This document shows, in pieces, positions 11,548 through 25,187 of a DNA stretch of 64,000 bases (positions are counted from its first letter, which is position 1; each line of letters opens with the position of its first letter). The DNA is taken from the NCBI RefSeq assembly GCF_006345805.1, contig NC_043000.1:41540001-41604000 (forward strand), given 5' to 3'. A program made the translations under genes and the position numbers. The notes beneath the pieces are model-generated. The model did not search any database. It was not told the DNA's origin and was given only the letters and a program-made list of their open reading frames with translations. This DNA is from Octopus sinensis (Eukaryota).

Positions 11548-11821
11548 GTATTTTAACTCACACCTTAAACCTTAAACCTCAACCCTATCACTGCGAAATT
11601 AAGTTCCATAGTTATTCAAGTAATGATGCTAAATATTTACCAAAAATAGAACCGTTATTTTCAGAAACTTACTTTGCCTGCATAAAATCGATATATCTCA
11701 ATAGAAAATAGTTTCAACAAAAGATGCTTTGATCATTGAAACTACTTTCTGCAGTTAAAGGTTATGATATCATGAGTAGATACATCAACTTTCTGCGGTA
11801 AAAGGGTTAAATCTGTATACC

Positions 11822-12056
11822 TATTTCTTTATTACCCACAAGGGGCTAAACATAGAGGGGACAAACAAGGACAGACATAGGTATTAAGTCGATTACATCG
11901 ACCCCAGTGCGTAACTGGTACTTAATTTATCGACCCCGAAAGGATGAAAGGTAAAGTCGACCTCGGCGGAATTTGAACTCACGACGTAACGTCAGACGAA
12001 ATACGGCTACGCATTTCGCCCGGAGTGCTAACGTCTCTGCCAGCTCCCCGCCTTCC
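11822..12056 (-). mobile_element. SINE family B, full length, 15-bp TSD
   Basis: TSD ttaaatctgtatacc at 11807-11821 and 12057-12071. Confidence 0.95.
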
Positions 12057-12317
12057 TTAAATCTGTATACCGTTTAGTAGTAGCCGCACCATCAGCTGCA
12101 ATAGTAGCATCGGCAGCTGCAGCAGCAAATATGGTGGTGGGATCTGTCGTATTATTAATGCAATCAATATAAAAATACTCTCTGCGTTCTGAGTTCCAAT
12201 AACGCCGAAATATCATAAATATCTGTTGAGCATTGTGGATCTCGAAGTAATCGTCTCGACCGCTGCCTCGAACTTGTTGCCCTTGTGCCAAAATTTGAAA
12301 TCAATATAAAATACTCT

Positions 12318-12975
12318 GAAGGCAGCGAGCTGACAGAAACGTTAGCACCCGGGCGAAATGCTTAGCGCAATGCTTAGAGATCAAATTTCACCGAGGTCGA
12401 CTTTGTCTTTCATCCTTTCGGGATCGATAAATTAAGTACCTATTTCTTTATTACCCACAAGGGGCTAAACATAGAGGGGACAAACAAGGACAGACATAGG
12501 TATTAAGTCGATTACATCGACCCCAGTGCGTAACTGGTACTTAATTTATCGACCCCGAAAGGATGAAAGGCAAAGTCGACCTCGGCGGAATTTGAACTCA
12601 GAACGTAGCGGCAGACGAAATACCTATTTCTTTATTACCCACAAGGGGCTAAACACAGAGCGGACAAACAAGGACAGACATAGGTATTAAGTCGATTACA
12701 TCGACCCCAGTGCGTAACTGGTACTTAATTTATCGACCCCGAAAGGATGAAAGGCAAAGTCGACCTCGGCGGAATTTGAACTCCCAACGTAACGCAGACG
12801 AAATACCGCTAAGCATTTCGCCCGGCGTGCTAACGTTTCTGCCAGCTCACCGGGGTCGATAAATTAAGTACCGGTTACGTAATGGGGTCGATGTAATCGA
12901 TTTGATCTCTTTGTCTATTCTTGTTTGTCCCCTCTATGTTTAGCCCCTTGTGGGCAATAAAGAAATAAGAATCGC
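12318..12975. mobile_element. Nested SINE family B composite: a + copy interrupted by two tandem - copies (12441-12851)
   Basis: tcgataaattaagtacc is duplicated at 12424-12440 and 12856-12872 around the insert. The head lies upstream and the tail downstream. Confidence 0.9.
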
Positions 12976-13160
12976 TACCAGGAAAATGCTTAGCGGCATT
13001 TCATCTGTCTTTGCGCTCTGAGCTGAAATTCCGCTGCGGTCGACTTTGCTTTTCATCCCTTTCGGGTCGCTAAAACAAATATCAGTTGAGCACTGGGGTC
13101 CATGTAATCGACAAACACTCTTCCCTGAAATTGTTAGCCTTATCCCGAAATTTAAAACCA
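12976..13160 (+). mobile_element. SINE family B-related, degraded
   Basis: aatgcttagcggcatttc..gtcgactttgcttttcatccctttcgggtcg..gagcactggggtc..atgtaatcgac. Confidence 0.75.
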
Positions 13161-14574
13161 ATATAAAACCATTGGTTTTATATTTAAAACTAATATAAAT
13201 TATCCCCGACTATTCGAGCGTTGTCTACTCATTGTCATAATTTTTACAAGCAGAAGTAGTGGTTCTGGATATAAAAAAAAATGTAGTTAAAGTGGGTTGA
13301 TAGAATGAATGAAGTGACACGCTTGACGCGGAGTTAGATATTGATTAGTGATATTAAATAGAAAGAAATTCTTGTGATTTTTTTCAACTTGAAACAAACT
13401 TAAAAGAACCATCTGTTGTCCGCTTTCTAGCGTCTTCTACTGCAGCAACACATACATACACATCAATATTTGTCGTAAATGTGTGTGTGTGTGGTGTGTG
13501 TGTGTGTGTGTGTACAAACACGAACGCATACATACAGATACATGATATAGATATATACACACATATATATCTAATCCTTTGCGTGTTTAAGTGGTTTAAG
13601 ATTTCTATACGAGAACACAGAGTAATACAATAAACGGATTAAAAATAACATGTCTTGCACTCTTTTGTCTTCGTTCGGCTGTGGGCATCAAGAAGTAAGC
13701 TAATGAAATACGAACAGAAGAACAGGAGGACGACAATACGGCAGATATAACGAAAATGGAAAAATAAAAAAACGGAAAATCATATGGTCATAGAGATACA
13801 ACACCTTTCCTTCACTGTCACAAAAAAAAAAGCAACAAGAAAACATAAACGATAAAAGAAAATAGATCTATGAATAAATACGAATTAAAATAAGTCTAAA
13901 GCAAGAAATTAGATATTAATGAGGGAAAGAAAAAAAAGAACAAAACAATTTTCCTAAAAATGAATATAGTAAAACCAAAAGATGAAACAAAAACAAATAA
14001 ACGTATGCAAAGGAGCAGGAAGACATTAAGAAATAATTATTCTAATTATTATTCTGAATATAGCGGAAAAGGTTTGGCAGAGTTGTAAGAGTGTCTGGTA
14101 ACATTCCTTTGAGTATTTAGTTGTGACCCTTTACTCCTTAATTTCGAAAGACTTTGATGCAAGTTGCAATGTTTTTTCCCTTCCTGGATCGATATAAGTG
14201 AGTATTATCTGACCTCTTGGCTATCAACTCTTTGTTTGAGTCGTAAGGATGTTGTCATGAGATACGATGTACATCTTTATTAAGCAAAATATCTAGTCAA
14301 AGACATTCCAGCCGTGGCGATCTCATGCTACCGTGTATCCTTTCCTTTATATTTTAGGATAGTTGAATGTGATTTCAGGAAGAAATGTTCTCTTTGTCTG
14401 CTTAGCAGATCTAGCAGCAGCACAAAGGATCCATATATATATATATGTGTGTATGTGTGCGTTAGCGTACGTGTGTGTGTTATGTGTGTGTGTGTGTATG
14501 CGTGCGTGTGTATGTATGAATATATGTATGCATGTATTGACTGGCAAGCAGTGACCGGTGCTTCCCATTATATG

Positions 14575-14885
14575 TGGATATGTTTACAAAGTCAGAAAAC
14601 AGCACAGCTCCCATGACTTTCGGAAACAGTTCTTCACGCTAAGAGTTGCTGAAGTATGGAACAAACCACCGGTATCAGTTGTTAGTTGTCAGAGCACTGC
14701 ATCCTTCAAAACTTCCATGCTTCCTGAGATTCGCCAACACTACACCTAATTTTCTCCCCTCCATAAACATGCAGGCATGTATCTGACTCATACAATCTTC
14801 ACTTTCTTGACAAGTTGTAGTGCATTGACAAGTTGTGGTGCACCTGAGCCCTGTATACAATAATTTCATTATTATTATTATTATT
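14575..14885 (+). mobile_element. CR1/L2-like LINE 3' end
   Basis: YKVRKQHSSHDFRKQFFTLRVAEVWNKPPVSVVSCQSTASFK resembles the CR1 C-terminal motif RxxFFxxRVxxxWNxLP. The UTR ends in (att)n. Confidence 0.8.
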
Positions 14886-15098
14886 ATATTAATAAGGTTC
14901 AGTAGACCGAAGTCACGTGATACGAGTATTCCGACGCCCATGACGGGCAATTCTCGCCTGCTGCGATATATATGTGTGCTTTAATGCACCAGTCACCTAC
15001 ATGAGAGGATCGTTCAAGGCTAAAGTCATCTTTGTTTAACTGGATATATATATATATATATAGATAGATAGATAGAGAGAGAGAAAGAGAGAGATATC

Positions 15099-15141
<43 letters not shown>

Positions 15142-15161
15142 ATAGATAGATAGATAGATAG

Positions 15162-15218
<57 letters not shown>

Positions 15219-15379
15219 CCGTGGCGTTAAGTTGGTAAAATGAGAAGCTGCAAAAGAATGCTTTCGATTAAACGCTTACGTATTTTCAAAAGATTTCCAC
15301 AGGGCCACGAAACTGGATTTCATTAAGAGCATCATTACTTGCATTGTAATAACGTTCAACAAATATTAAGTAGAGCACT

Positions 15380-15782
15380 ACAAAAAAAAAAAAAAGAAAA
15401 AAGAAAGAGAATAATAAATGCGCATGAGTACTTCTTTTTGTTTTGTTGTTAACCAGAAAGTTTTGTTACTGATGTGACAATGGAAATAGCCTGAAACACT
15501 GAAGACGCCTTTCGGATTTCATGAGCCATTATGATTAAAAAAACAAAAAAAAACAAAAATAAAAAAAAGAGTGAGATAAATTGGGAAGGTTAGCTGAGGA
15601 CCTAATGAAGCTGAGGCAGAATGCAAGACGGAGAGGAGTAGCTATTTGGATTGGTTGATGGGTACATACATACATACATACATACATACATACATACATA
15701 CATACACACACACAGATTCACACACGCTCACATACATGCATGTTTGTGTGTTTTTATACTTTAAAGGAGAAAGCGATAGACG

Positions 15783-15842
<60 letters not shown>

Positions 15843-15864
15843 TGTAGGTAGGTAGGTAGGTAGG

Positions 15865-15943
<79 letters not shown>

Positions 15944-16866
15944 TAGAAAGAGAGAGAGAAGAGAGAGAGAGAGAGCGTGCGAGAGAGGGCAGAGAGAGAG
16001 TGGTTACGAAAAGAAAAGGAGAATTTAGAAGGGAAACAAACGAGAAATGGAGTGTTTAAGCCTAGAATGGTGATACATGTGGTGACTAGTTTCACCTCCA
16101 ACTACGACCAAACCCGAAGGGAAAGAAATAAAGAAAAAAGTTAATAGTCGGCCGTTCGGATTTTTAAGGTCGCGTGCTTATGTGACGAGGACACGTTTCT
16201 TAATCCGATTAAAGTATTAAAAGAGACGAAAAAACGAATAAGCAAAGTAAAAAGATAAACGATGATTTAGGGAAAATTAGACACATACATACATACATAC
16301 ATACATACATACATACATCCTAAAAAATTGTAAACGTACTAAAAGCTAATTAAAATACAAAACACATACGCACAAAAAAAAAAGAGATGAAAGGAAAAAC
16401 GAAATAAGAAAATCAGAAAATAACAGGAAGATGAAAAAAGATTCACAACAAAAAAAAAAAAAAGAAAAAAGAAAGAGAATAATAAATGCGCATGAGTACT
16501 TCTTTTTGTTTTGTTGTAACCAGAAAGTTTTGTTACTGATGTGACAATGGCAATAGCCTGAAACACTGAAGACGCCTTTCGGATTTCATGAGCCATTATG
16601 ATTAAAAAAACAAAAAAAAACAAAAATAAAAAAAAGAGTGAGATAAATTGGGAAGGTTAGCTGAGGACCTAATGAAGCTGAGGCAGAATGCAAGACGGAG
16701 AGGAGTAGCTATTTGGATTGGTTGATGGGTACATACATACATACATACATACATACATACATACATACATACACACACACAGATTCACACACGCTCACAT
16801 ACATGCATGTTTGTGTGTTTTTATACTTTAAAGGAGAAAGCGATAGACGGATAGATAGATAGATAT

Positions 16867-16905
<39 letters not shown>

Positions 16906-16930
16906 TGTAGGTAGGTAGGAGGTAGGTAGG

Positions 16931-17008
<78 letters not shown>

Positions 17009-17530
17009 TAGAAAGAGAGAGAGAGAGAGAGAGAGAGCGTGCGAGAGAGGGCAGAGAGTGGTTACGAAAAGAAAAGGAGAATTTAGAAGGGAAACAAACG
17101 AGAAATGGAGTGTTTAAGCCTAGAATGGTGATACATGTGGTGACTAGTTTCACCTCCAACTACGACCAAACCCGAAGGGAAAGAAATAAAGAAAAAAGTT
17201 AATAGTCGGCCGTTCGGATTTTTAAGGTCGCGTGCTTATGTGACGAGGACACGTTTCTTAATCCGATTAAGTATTAAAAGAGACGAAAAAACGAATAAGC
17301 AAAGTAAAAAGATAAACGATGATTAGGGAAAATTAGACACATACATACATACATACTACATACATACATACATCCTAAAAAATTGTAAACGTACTAAAAG
17401 CTAATTAAAATACAAAACACATACGCACAAAAAAAAAAGAGATGAAAGGAAAAACGAAATAAGAAAATCAGAAAATAACAGGAAGATGAAAAAAGATTCA
17501 CAACAAAAAAAAAAAAAGAAAAAGAAAAAA
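15380..17530. repeat. Near-identical tandem duplication, ~1.06 kb unit x2
   Basis: 15380-16447 is repeated at 16448-~17520. Differences are mostly microsatellite length and 1-nt indels. Confidence 0.95.
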
Positions 17531-17595
17531 GAAAAATGGACAAAAAAACTGTTAGAAAGAAATTAGAACTGTAAAACTTCATTCTACCATGATTA

Positions 17596-17650
<55 letters not shown>

Positions 17651-17829
17651 ATGCCTAATGCGAGAATGAATATCGTATCAGGTAATGTTGAAGCCCTACA
17701 GGTGCTTCTGTTCATTCCACTACAATTCCATAGATACTTGAGGCCACTCACTAACATTGATGACGAAACGCCTGCCTAACAACTGAAAATTCGTGGAGTC
17801 AAATTTTGCGACATTGAGCCATGTATCTT

Positions 17830-18670
17830 TGCCAAACTTTTTTCAGGGTTCCTTTCATCAAGCAATCTTACTTATTTTTTCCTGCAACTTCTGTTGTAAT
17901 TACATGGAATTGATTGTGTAGTCCCTTGATGTGTAATTCTTCTTCATGTCCTTTTTGTACTTCTTCCTTTCTTTTTCTTCTGCTTTCAATATTCCTTCAT
18001 TCCAAACTGATACAAGCAAGGTTTCCTTTCGATACACACGCAGTCTTCCACACTTCCTCCACTTGCTCTCTTCATATATAGGCGATCAGTGTCTGCAAGT
18101 GGATGATGGTCTCCATGCATCGTTAGGAGCTTGCTTGATTTCCTGTCCATCTCCTTTAACGCCTCCTTTGTCCACTTCAGGATTCCAGCGACATATGTGT
18201 TTATTGCCGAAATTATGTTTCTGGCATTTTTTCACTCGCCGCAGGTACTCTCTTTTTGTCTTTTCCTTCATGTCGCGGTGTTTGATTCTATCTGTCTCAA
18301 GTATTTCCAGGTATTTATAACTGAATTGAGTTTGTAATACCTTCATCTTTTTACCACTTGGCAACCATATGTCTTTTGTCCTAACAAACTTTCCTCGTCT
18401 CATCACCATCGTAGCACATTTTGTGAGTCCAAACTTCATCATAATATCATTGAAGAAAATCCGCACAGACAAGACTAGGCTGTCCAGTTCTGCCTGAGTT
18501 TTTGTGAATAGTTTCAGGTCGTCCATGAATAGTAAGTGGTTTAGTTTTCCCTTACCTCTTCCCAGGATCATACACCAACTTTGTTTTCTGTAGTATTTCA
18601 CTCAAAGGGGTCATTCCCAGCATGAATATCAGTGGAGACAGACACTGTCCCTCCGGAAGATTCTTCTCTT
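17830..18670 (-). mobile_element. R4/Dong-like non-LTR retrotransposon RT fragment
   Basis: LNHLLFMDDLKLF..MKFGLTKCA..YKYLEILE..MKEKTKREYLRRVKK, followed by frameshifted remnants. Bounded by (TTA)n at 18673. Confidence 0.85.
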
Positions 18671-18698
18671 GATTATTATTATTATTATTATTATTATT

Positions 18699-20338
18699 AC
18701 TTTTTTCTTCTTTCAAATTTGCTTCCATTTCTTGCCGAGTGTCTTCCCGACTCCTAGGGTAAAGAAACTCATAGTATACATTGGTAGGCCATTAAACCAA
18801 ACTCAATAGTTCGTTCATTTTTTTTTTTTTTTGTTAAGTTAACTTAAAATACATGAGCAGCAACAGTTCTCACATCGACAATGGTCTTCTCAATACGTGT
18901 GATGTACCAGTTAAGACAATCTTTTGCACTTCTTGCAGGGATGGTAAGCCAGGGATCATTCTCATATAATTTTCGGTTCCCTTCTTGATCATTCCTAGTG
19001 CTCCTACGATCACTGGTATTGTAACCGCCTTGAGATGCCACATTTTTTCAATTTCAATGAGCAGGTCTTTATATTTTCTGAGCTTGCCAAACTCTTTCGC
19101 TGAGATAGTATGATCACAGGGGATGCTCATGTCGATCAATAAGCAAACTTTATTGTTTTGGTCTTTCACAACAATATCTGGTTTATTGGCCTTGATGGTT
19201 CGGTCTGTATGTACTGTAAAGTCCCACGGAATGGTTACATTTTCTCCTTCAGTTACAGCCTCAGGGTGTTGATTATACCACTTGTCGGCAGTTTTGATAT
19301 TGTAATGCCGACTTATTAGCCAGTGTAGATATTGGCCAACTCTGTCATGTCTTAATTTATACTCCACTGGTGCTAAGACTTTACATCCAGAGATTAGGTG
19401 GTCCACTGTTTCAATCATGTCGTTGCAGAATCGGCATTTTGGGTCTGCTCCATTTTTCATCACATTAGCCTGGTAGTTCCGGGTTAATAGGCTTTGATCT
19501 TGAGCAGCCAGGATGAAACCTTCGCTCTCTGCTTTTAGCCCTGAGCTCCGTAGCCTCTGATGGGTTTGCTTCTGGTCAACATCAGATTGTTTGCTGCGGG
19601 TCACATATTTGCCGTGCAGAGGTTTCTCCTCCCACCTATCAGCCAATTGCTCGTGCGCTTTTTTCGTTGCCATTATTTTCACCTTCTTTGCAACAATAGT
19701 TGCCGTACTTCCCTCGGGTTGTTCAGTTTGTGTATCCTGCACGAGATCAATAGCAAATTTTTTGCTTTCCTTTATGATAGAATGAAGCTTCTTTCGTCTC
19801 TCGTGATTTTCCACGAGCTTTAGCATCCAGTCATTCGATATTTCGAGATATTTGGCCAGTCCAATTGTGGTTGTTTTGTAAGCTAGTTCAAATTGGATCA
19901 GGCCTCGACCTCCTTGGGCTCTGGGAAGGTAAAGGCGATCTACGTCTGCCTTTGGTTGGTGCATCCTATTACAACTCAGTAGCTTGCGTATTTTCTATCT
20001 ATATTCTTTACTTCACTCATATTCCAGTTCAAACATTGTAGCTATAAGTAACAACTGGAACTGCTAAGGAATTTATAGCTAACACCTTGTTACGTGCATT
20101 TAGTTCAGATTTCAGGACTGCACGCACTCTCCTATAACATTCCTTCCTGATTTTCTCTTTCATGCTTGCATGCTGAATACCAGAGCCTTCATTTATCCCT
20201 AAATATTTGTATGTTTGTTCTTGCTCAAGCTCTCTTATGACTGTGTCAACATCTAACACGACTGAATTTATGGTCTTCACTTTCCCTTTCTGGAAAGTGG
20301 CCTTGGCACACTTCTCAAGTCCAAACTCCATCCCGATG

Positions 20339-20340
<2 letters not shown>
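18699..20340 (-). mobile_element. 5'-truncated R4/Dong-like LINE (RT C-terminus, CCHC finger, REL endonuclease, 3' UTR)
   Basis: GMEFGLEKCA..YKYLG; ORF 18870-19964 with CRFC..ETVDHLISGC..RHD, DFTVHTDRTIKANKPDIV, K..KYKDL and VIVGALG. (TTA)n on both sides. Confidence 0.93.
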
Positions 20341-20394
<54 letters not shown>

Positions 20395-20399
20395 GATAC

Positions 20400-20630
20400 C
20401 ATTAACATTATTATGCGGTTGGTAGAATCGGTAACACACCGGACAAAGTGGTTAGTGGCATATCGTCCGTTTTTAGTTTCTGACTTCAAGTTCCACTGAG
20501 GTCAACTTTGCTTTTCATAATTCCGGGATCGATAGAATAAATACCAGCTGGGAGTCGATGTAACTGACTAGTCCCTCTCCACAAAATTTCAGGTCTTGTG
20601 CATAAAGTAGAAAGGATTGTTATTATTATT
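20400..20630 (+). mobile_element. SINE family B-related
   Basis: ggcggt..gtagaatcg..gaggtcaactttgcttttcat..gtcgatgtaactgactagt..aaatttcaggtcttgtgc. Confidence 0.75.
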
Positions 20631-21600
20631 GACGCAACCAACTCACTGTATCTTGTATTTCCTCTAAATTTCCTTTTCCTCTTGTCTCCCCCCCCCCACA
20701 CACACACACACACTCACACTTAGAGTCTTACTTCGAATCTTATTTTCTTTTTCTTTACTAGCCATAGGACACGCCCTGGTTTCATAACTGGGATGTGTTC
20801 AAACTAGAGCAAGTTCTTGAGAAAACTAATTATTATTTTTAGACTTCAAATTCACAATGGTGAGATAATATGCGTGAACATAAACGTGTCCAGCGAAGAG
20901 ATCTGGTCAGTATAGTGTTGGAGGATGTGGTGAATTTCCCATAAAAGAGCAGCTGGTATTCGGCAAGATTCTGATTTCTTGTATTTTCTTGTATAGTAAA
21001 CTTAATCTGTCGCTCATTTCAATATTCATCACCTCAGCCCCTGGTTGAATCCACTTAGTTGCAAGAGGCTGGATCATGCTCCCGGTTTGAAGATGAGTTC
21101 TCTCCAGTAGTATCTGGATCTCCTGAAAAAAATGAAGGATCTTAAGTGCTCTCTTACCTTTCCTGACTAAATTGTAGAAAAAATGTAGCTGCCTAAAAAA
21201 AATCTTCCGCAATCGCTGAGCAGGAAAAATCAACAAAGTTCTCTATTCAAAAGGTCATTGACCAGCTGCAAAACAGAAGGTGAAGAGATTATTGGATGGA
21301 TTAGGCTTATACTACACAATCGAATAATGAGCGTTACCAGACAGACCTTTGCATGGAATCCCTAAGGAATGCGGAGAAAAATCGGCCAAGTATTACCTAG
21401 TGTATGATCCTACTCACAGATACTGAGGATGAGAGAAACACTTCAGATGAATTCTAAAGCCTGGCCCAGGACAATTGTTTTAATTCCTATAACTTCATTT
21501 GGTATATAGGACATCAAAAAGAGATTGCCATATATCAGTCATGATCTTTGGCAATGGATTGCACTTGTCCCTAGATATAGCCTCACTATGTTGCTTCATG

Positions 21601-21860
21601 TGGATGCGCGTGGCTTAGCAGTTAGGGTGTCAGCATCATGTATGTAAAATTGTTTTTTCGATTCCTGGATCGGGCGACGCGCTGTGTTCTTGAGCAAAAC
21701 ACTTCATTTCACGTTGCTCCAGACCATTCAGCTGGCAAAAATGAGCAACGCTGCGATGTACTGGCGTCCGGTCCAGCTGGGGAAGACATACGCTATTGAA
21801 ACCGGGAAACCGGGCCCATGAGCCTGGCTAGGCTTTAAAAGGACGCATCTATTTATTTTA
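21601..21860 (+). mobile_element. tRNA-type SINE with V-domain-like centre
   Basis: A/B-box-like head (gtggcttagcagttagg..ttcgattcc), gtgttcttgagcaaaacact, gctgcgatgtactggcgtccggtccag, and a tail ending tatttattttatt. Confidence 0.7.
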
Positions 21861-22344
21861 TTATGTTGCTTCATACGCAGTTTCTGAGGACTATCTCCAC
21901 TTATCATCAGGTTTCAAATATTTTGTCGTTGAAGTTTCCATGGAAATGTAGAGAATTGATAGTGCAGGGGCTGTTAACCACACGCCGACCACCAACTTAC
22001 TTTCTCATCCGGGATAGGGACCGGTAATGGTGGAGTTTGAGGACAAGACAAGATGAGAAATAATTTTCAGTAGTCTAAATCTCGGTGGGGAAAATTTGTT
22101 AAAAAAATGTAATACAAATCCAATCTAGAATACAGAAACAAAGCGCATAATTTACATATGTTAGAATGAAACTCAATCTCCAGCACAATATACATATATA
22201 TTAATTAATAGAAGTAGCTACGTGCAATATAAAACCATAAATGAAAAATGTAATTGTCTCTAGTTGTGACTGAGTGTACTGAATAGCATATATTGCTAGA
22301 AATTAGAGTTAAAACCTTTAAAGCTGGATAAACACAAATTTACA

Positions 22345-23378
22345 TGGTGCGACGGGTAAATTACCACCACTTCGTAGATATAATTTCGTGCATCGACTAC
22401 ACAGTATAGTAGGGTCCATTGGGCACTGTCTGTGAGAAAAACAGTACCATGACATAATTAATTCTGCCAAAAAATTTAATATAACTTGCTGTACTGCTTG
22501 GCATTCGCGCCAGAATCTCCAATACAAACATTTCAGACGATAGTGCAATCTGAGGACATGTACCGAGAGTGGTAAAAATCAAACATCCAGTCAACATCAT
22601 GGTGTTTGGAGTGATCACTAGCGATGGCGACGTTATACCTCCTTTCATCTTCCCACACGGCTACATACCCAGCACGGAGGCCTACATCACCCATAACATC
22701 TGGCCACCCCCCACCCCCCAGACTGCAACTCCCTTGATATTATGTGTGGTCTGCAGTTGAGTGAGAGACCAAATAAACTCCCTGCAACACTAAAAATGAC
22801 CTGTAGGCAAGGATTATGACAGCATTTACCAACTTAAACAAGGAGACTGTCCAGAAGAGTTGCAGACAATTCCGAAGTCGTCTGGAAGCCATCGTTGACG
22901 CCAATGGCAATATTATTGAATAAATTTACTCTTTAGTATTTCAGGATAAACAATTGCAGCGTGGAAGGTGTTTATAACCCATTTAAAAACACACAAAAAC
23001 CGTTAGATTCATTTCAACATTTAAATTTACTTTGCCAAAATATTTTCGTCGCTTTGAGATCGCAACAAAATTCCGTGATGCAGCACAGAATTTTGTCAGT
23101 GAACAGGTTACGGAAATATTTTGGCAAATTAAATTTAAATGTTGAAGTGCACCTGAGGGTTTTTGTATGTTTTTAAATGGCTTATGAACACCTTCCACGC
23201 TGCAATAGTTTTTGTTTCAGTACACGATCTCAGATCAAGTCACTTGCTATGCAAGTACATCTCAATATTTCAAGATATTTTTATGTAATTTTGGTTAATA
23301 TATCTGTTAAAATGAGATGTCAGTGTTATTTTCATTTTTGCGTAATTTAGATGACAGTTTATTCACCGTACTCTGCAT
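22345..23378 (+). mobile_element. Tc1/mariner DD37D (maT)-like transposon relic, internally deleted and interrupted
   Basis: 22550-22920 encodes VPRVVKIKHPVNIMVFGVITSDGDVIPPFIFPHG..NIWPP..PDCNSLD..FRSRLEAIVDANGNIIE*. TIR-like ends near 22345 and 23360-23378. Confidence 0.8.
22948..23211. repeat. ~260 bp imperfect palindrome inserted in the 3' end of the transposon
   Basis: aaacaattgcagcgtggaaggtg ... caccttccacgctgcaatagttt. ORFs 22961+ and 22983- are mirror images. Confidence 0.9.
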
Positions 23379-24395
23379 ATACATTGACAGGGGAGATAAC
23401 CGCCCCATGACCAAGGCTAAGAGCAAATGTACAAAACTAGTCCGTCTTTTAATTGTAGACTCATCAGCAGTGTCTATTCCCATTGTTTGAATGGTTCAGC
23501 TAAAACCCTCTGTAGGTATATATATATTTACCATATAAATTTATGGCTGATTTAGCGAAATGCTAATATGTATACTCAAAATTAATATAAGCAGCTACGC
23601 ACAATAGAAAACAACAAAGGAAAAAATTATTCTCAATAATTGTTATAAAAAAAAGCCCAATACAGTTTTATGTCAAATGATATGCAATAAATAATATTGA
23701 TAATTACACCGATACGCGTACAACGAGCAACGCAGCGTGAGTTCGTGTTCCATGAGGTTTTCACGTCATCATCAAATGTTTCTAGAAGCAACAGAAAACG
23801 AAATACCTTTTATGTTATGCTCAGGGCTTCCTTTTTGTTTTCTATTTTTGTTATTTCTGCTTAAGTTCAAATTCTTCGTAACACTCAGGATTCCATTAGT
23901 TCGGGGGTTGACAAAGTACTCAGATATTGAGGTCGATTTCATCTAACATACCCCTTCCATTAATAATGCATGGCCTCGTTTCTTACACACACACACACAC
24001 ACATACACACACACACACGCTCACACACATTTTAGTCGAATACATTTTAATTTCTCCTATATTTCCACCACCCGCCATCAATTTACGAGTTTCTTCAGCT
24101 ACGTTTAATAAACATTCTTTCCCTGTCTTACGTTCTTTGTTACGTCGATGTTTAGTAACATTTAATATGCTATCATATGGCTTAATATAATAAAATTTGT
24201 GACTGATGACAGATCATCCTATCAAATGTCATTACACACAGTGCAATTATTTCTCAGAACATTTATTAAAGTAAGAGAAAGAAAAAAAAAAGGGATGACT
24301 TACGAATTAACATGTATAGCAGGGATATTTAGAAAATTATTATTGGCAATATGATGCTGCATGCGTATTTTTATGCGGGTATATGTATAAATCAC

Positions 24396-24775
24396 TCTCT
24401 ATATAAACGGCAGTTTGTCTGTGCGTGTTTCTGTGTGTCTGTTTGCTTGTACCCTCACCCTGACCACGGCTTTCAACCGATTCTGATGAAACTTGACACA
24501 CACATAGCCCAATGTCATAATTCAAAACTAACGCAGCGAAAATTTTGAAAAGTTCACCCAGTTCTGAAAAATATCGCTAAATTCGACATGGGGTCGAGAA
24601 TCAGAAACACAAACCACAAACTGTCTAGGGGAAGCAACTCCACCTTTTTTAACTCTCAAAAAAAATTTACCATCATTTTTTTCCATTTTTTTGCTATTTT
24701 TTGGCTATAACTCTCTACAAATGCTTTATAGTTATTTCCCTTACAAACCTGAGCAACGCCGGGCGATACTGCTAG
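24396..24775 (+). mobile_element. Complete short non-autonomous Helitron
   Basis: 5' tctctatataaacggcagtttgtctgtg..ttcaaccgattctgatgaaac; 3' GC hairpin gagcaacgccgggcg then CTAG followed by T; no TSD. Confidence 0.8.
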
Positions 24776-25062
24776 TATGTAAATAAATTCGTTAATACAT
24801 AACAGATAGATAGTCAGATGTGTAGTTGCACCTATAGCCTTTCACAGGCACGGACCTTTCTCTTTCCCCATACATGTAGAGATATGTGTGTGTGACATAT
24901 ATACATATAAACATGTGTGTATGAATGATCGCATGCATGTATATATGTATCTACAATGTATCTTTCTCTACTCCACTTCTCTGTATATATATTATATATA
25001 AATATATGTATGTATGTATGTATATATATATATATATATAAATATATGTATGTATGTATATA

Positions 25063-25127
<65 letters not shown>

Positions 25128-25154
25128 GTATATATATATATAAATATATGTATG

Positions 25155-25185
<31 letters not shown>

Positions 25186-25187
<2 letters not shown>

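Noticed and set aside
11581-11810. piggyBac-like MITE (aaccct.. / ..aaagggttaa)
   Set aside because: TIR match is too short and degenerate, and there is no left TTAA.
13200-14210. Isolated splice-like signals (13260, 13700, 14200)
   Set aside because: No consistent acceptor-donor pair with an open, protein-like frame.
20900-21560. ORF-like unique stretch; similar cases at 2880-3060, 4240-4640, 45600-46480 and 60200-60600
   Set aside because: Probably old transposon debris, but I could not match convincing motifs without a search.
23430-23475. Hammerhead-like string on the minus strand (ctgatga-gtc..gac-ggac-tag)
   Set aside because: GAAA core and stem I are broken.
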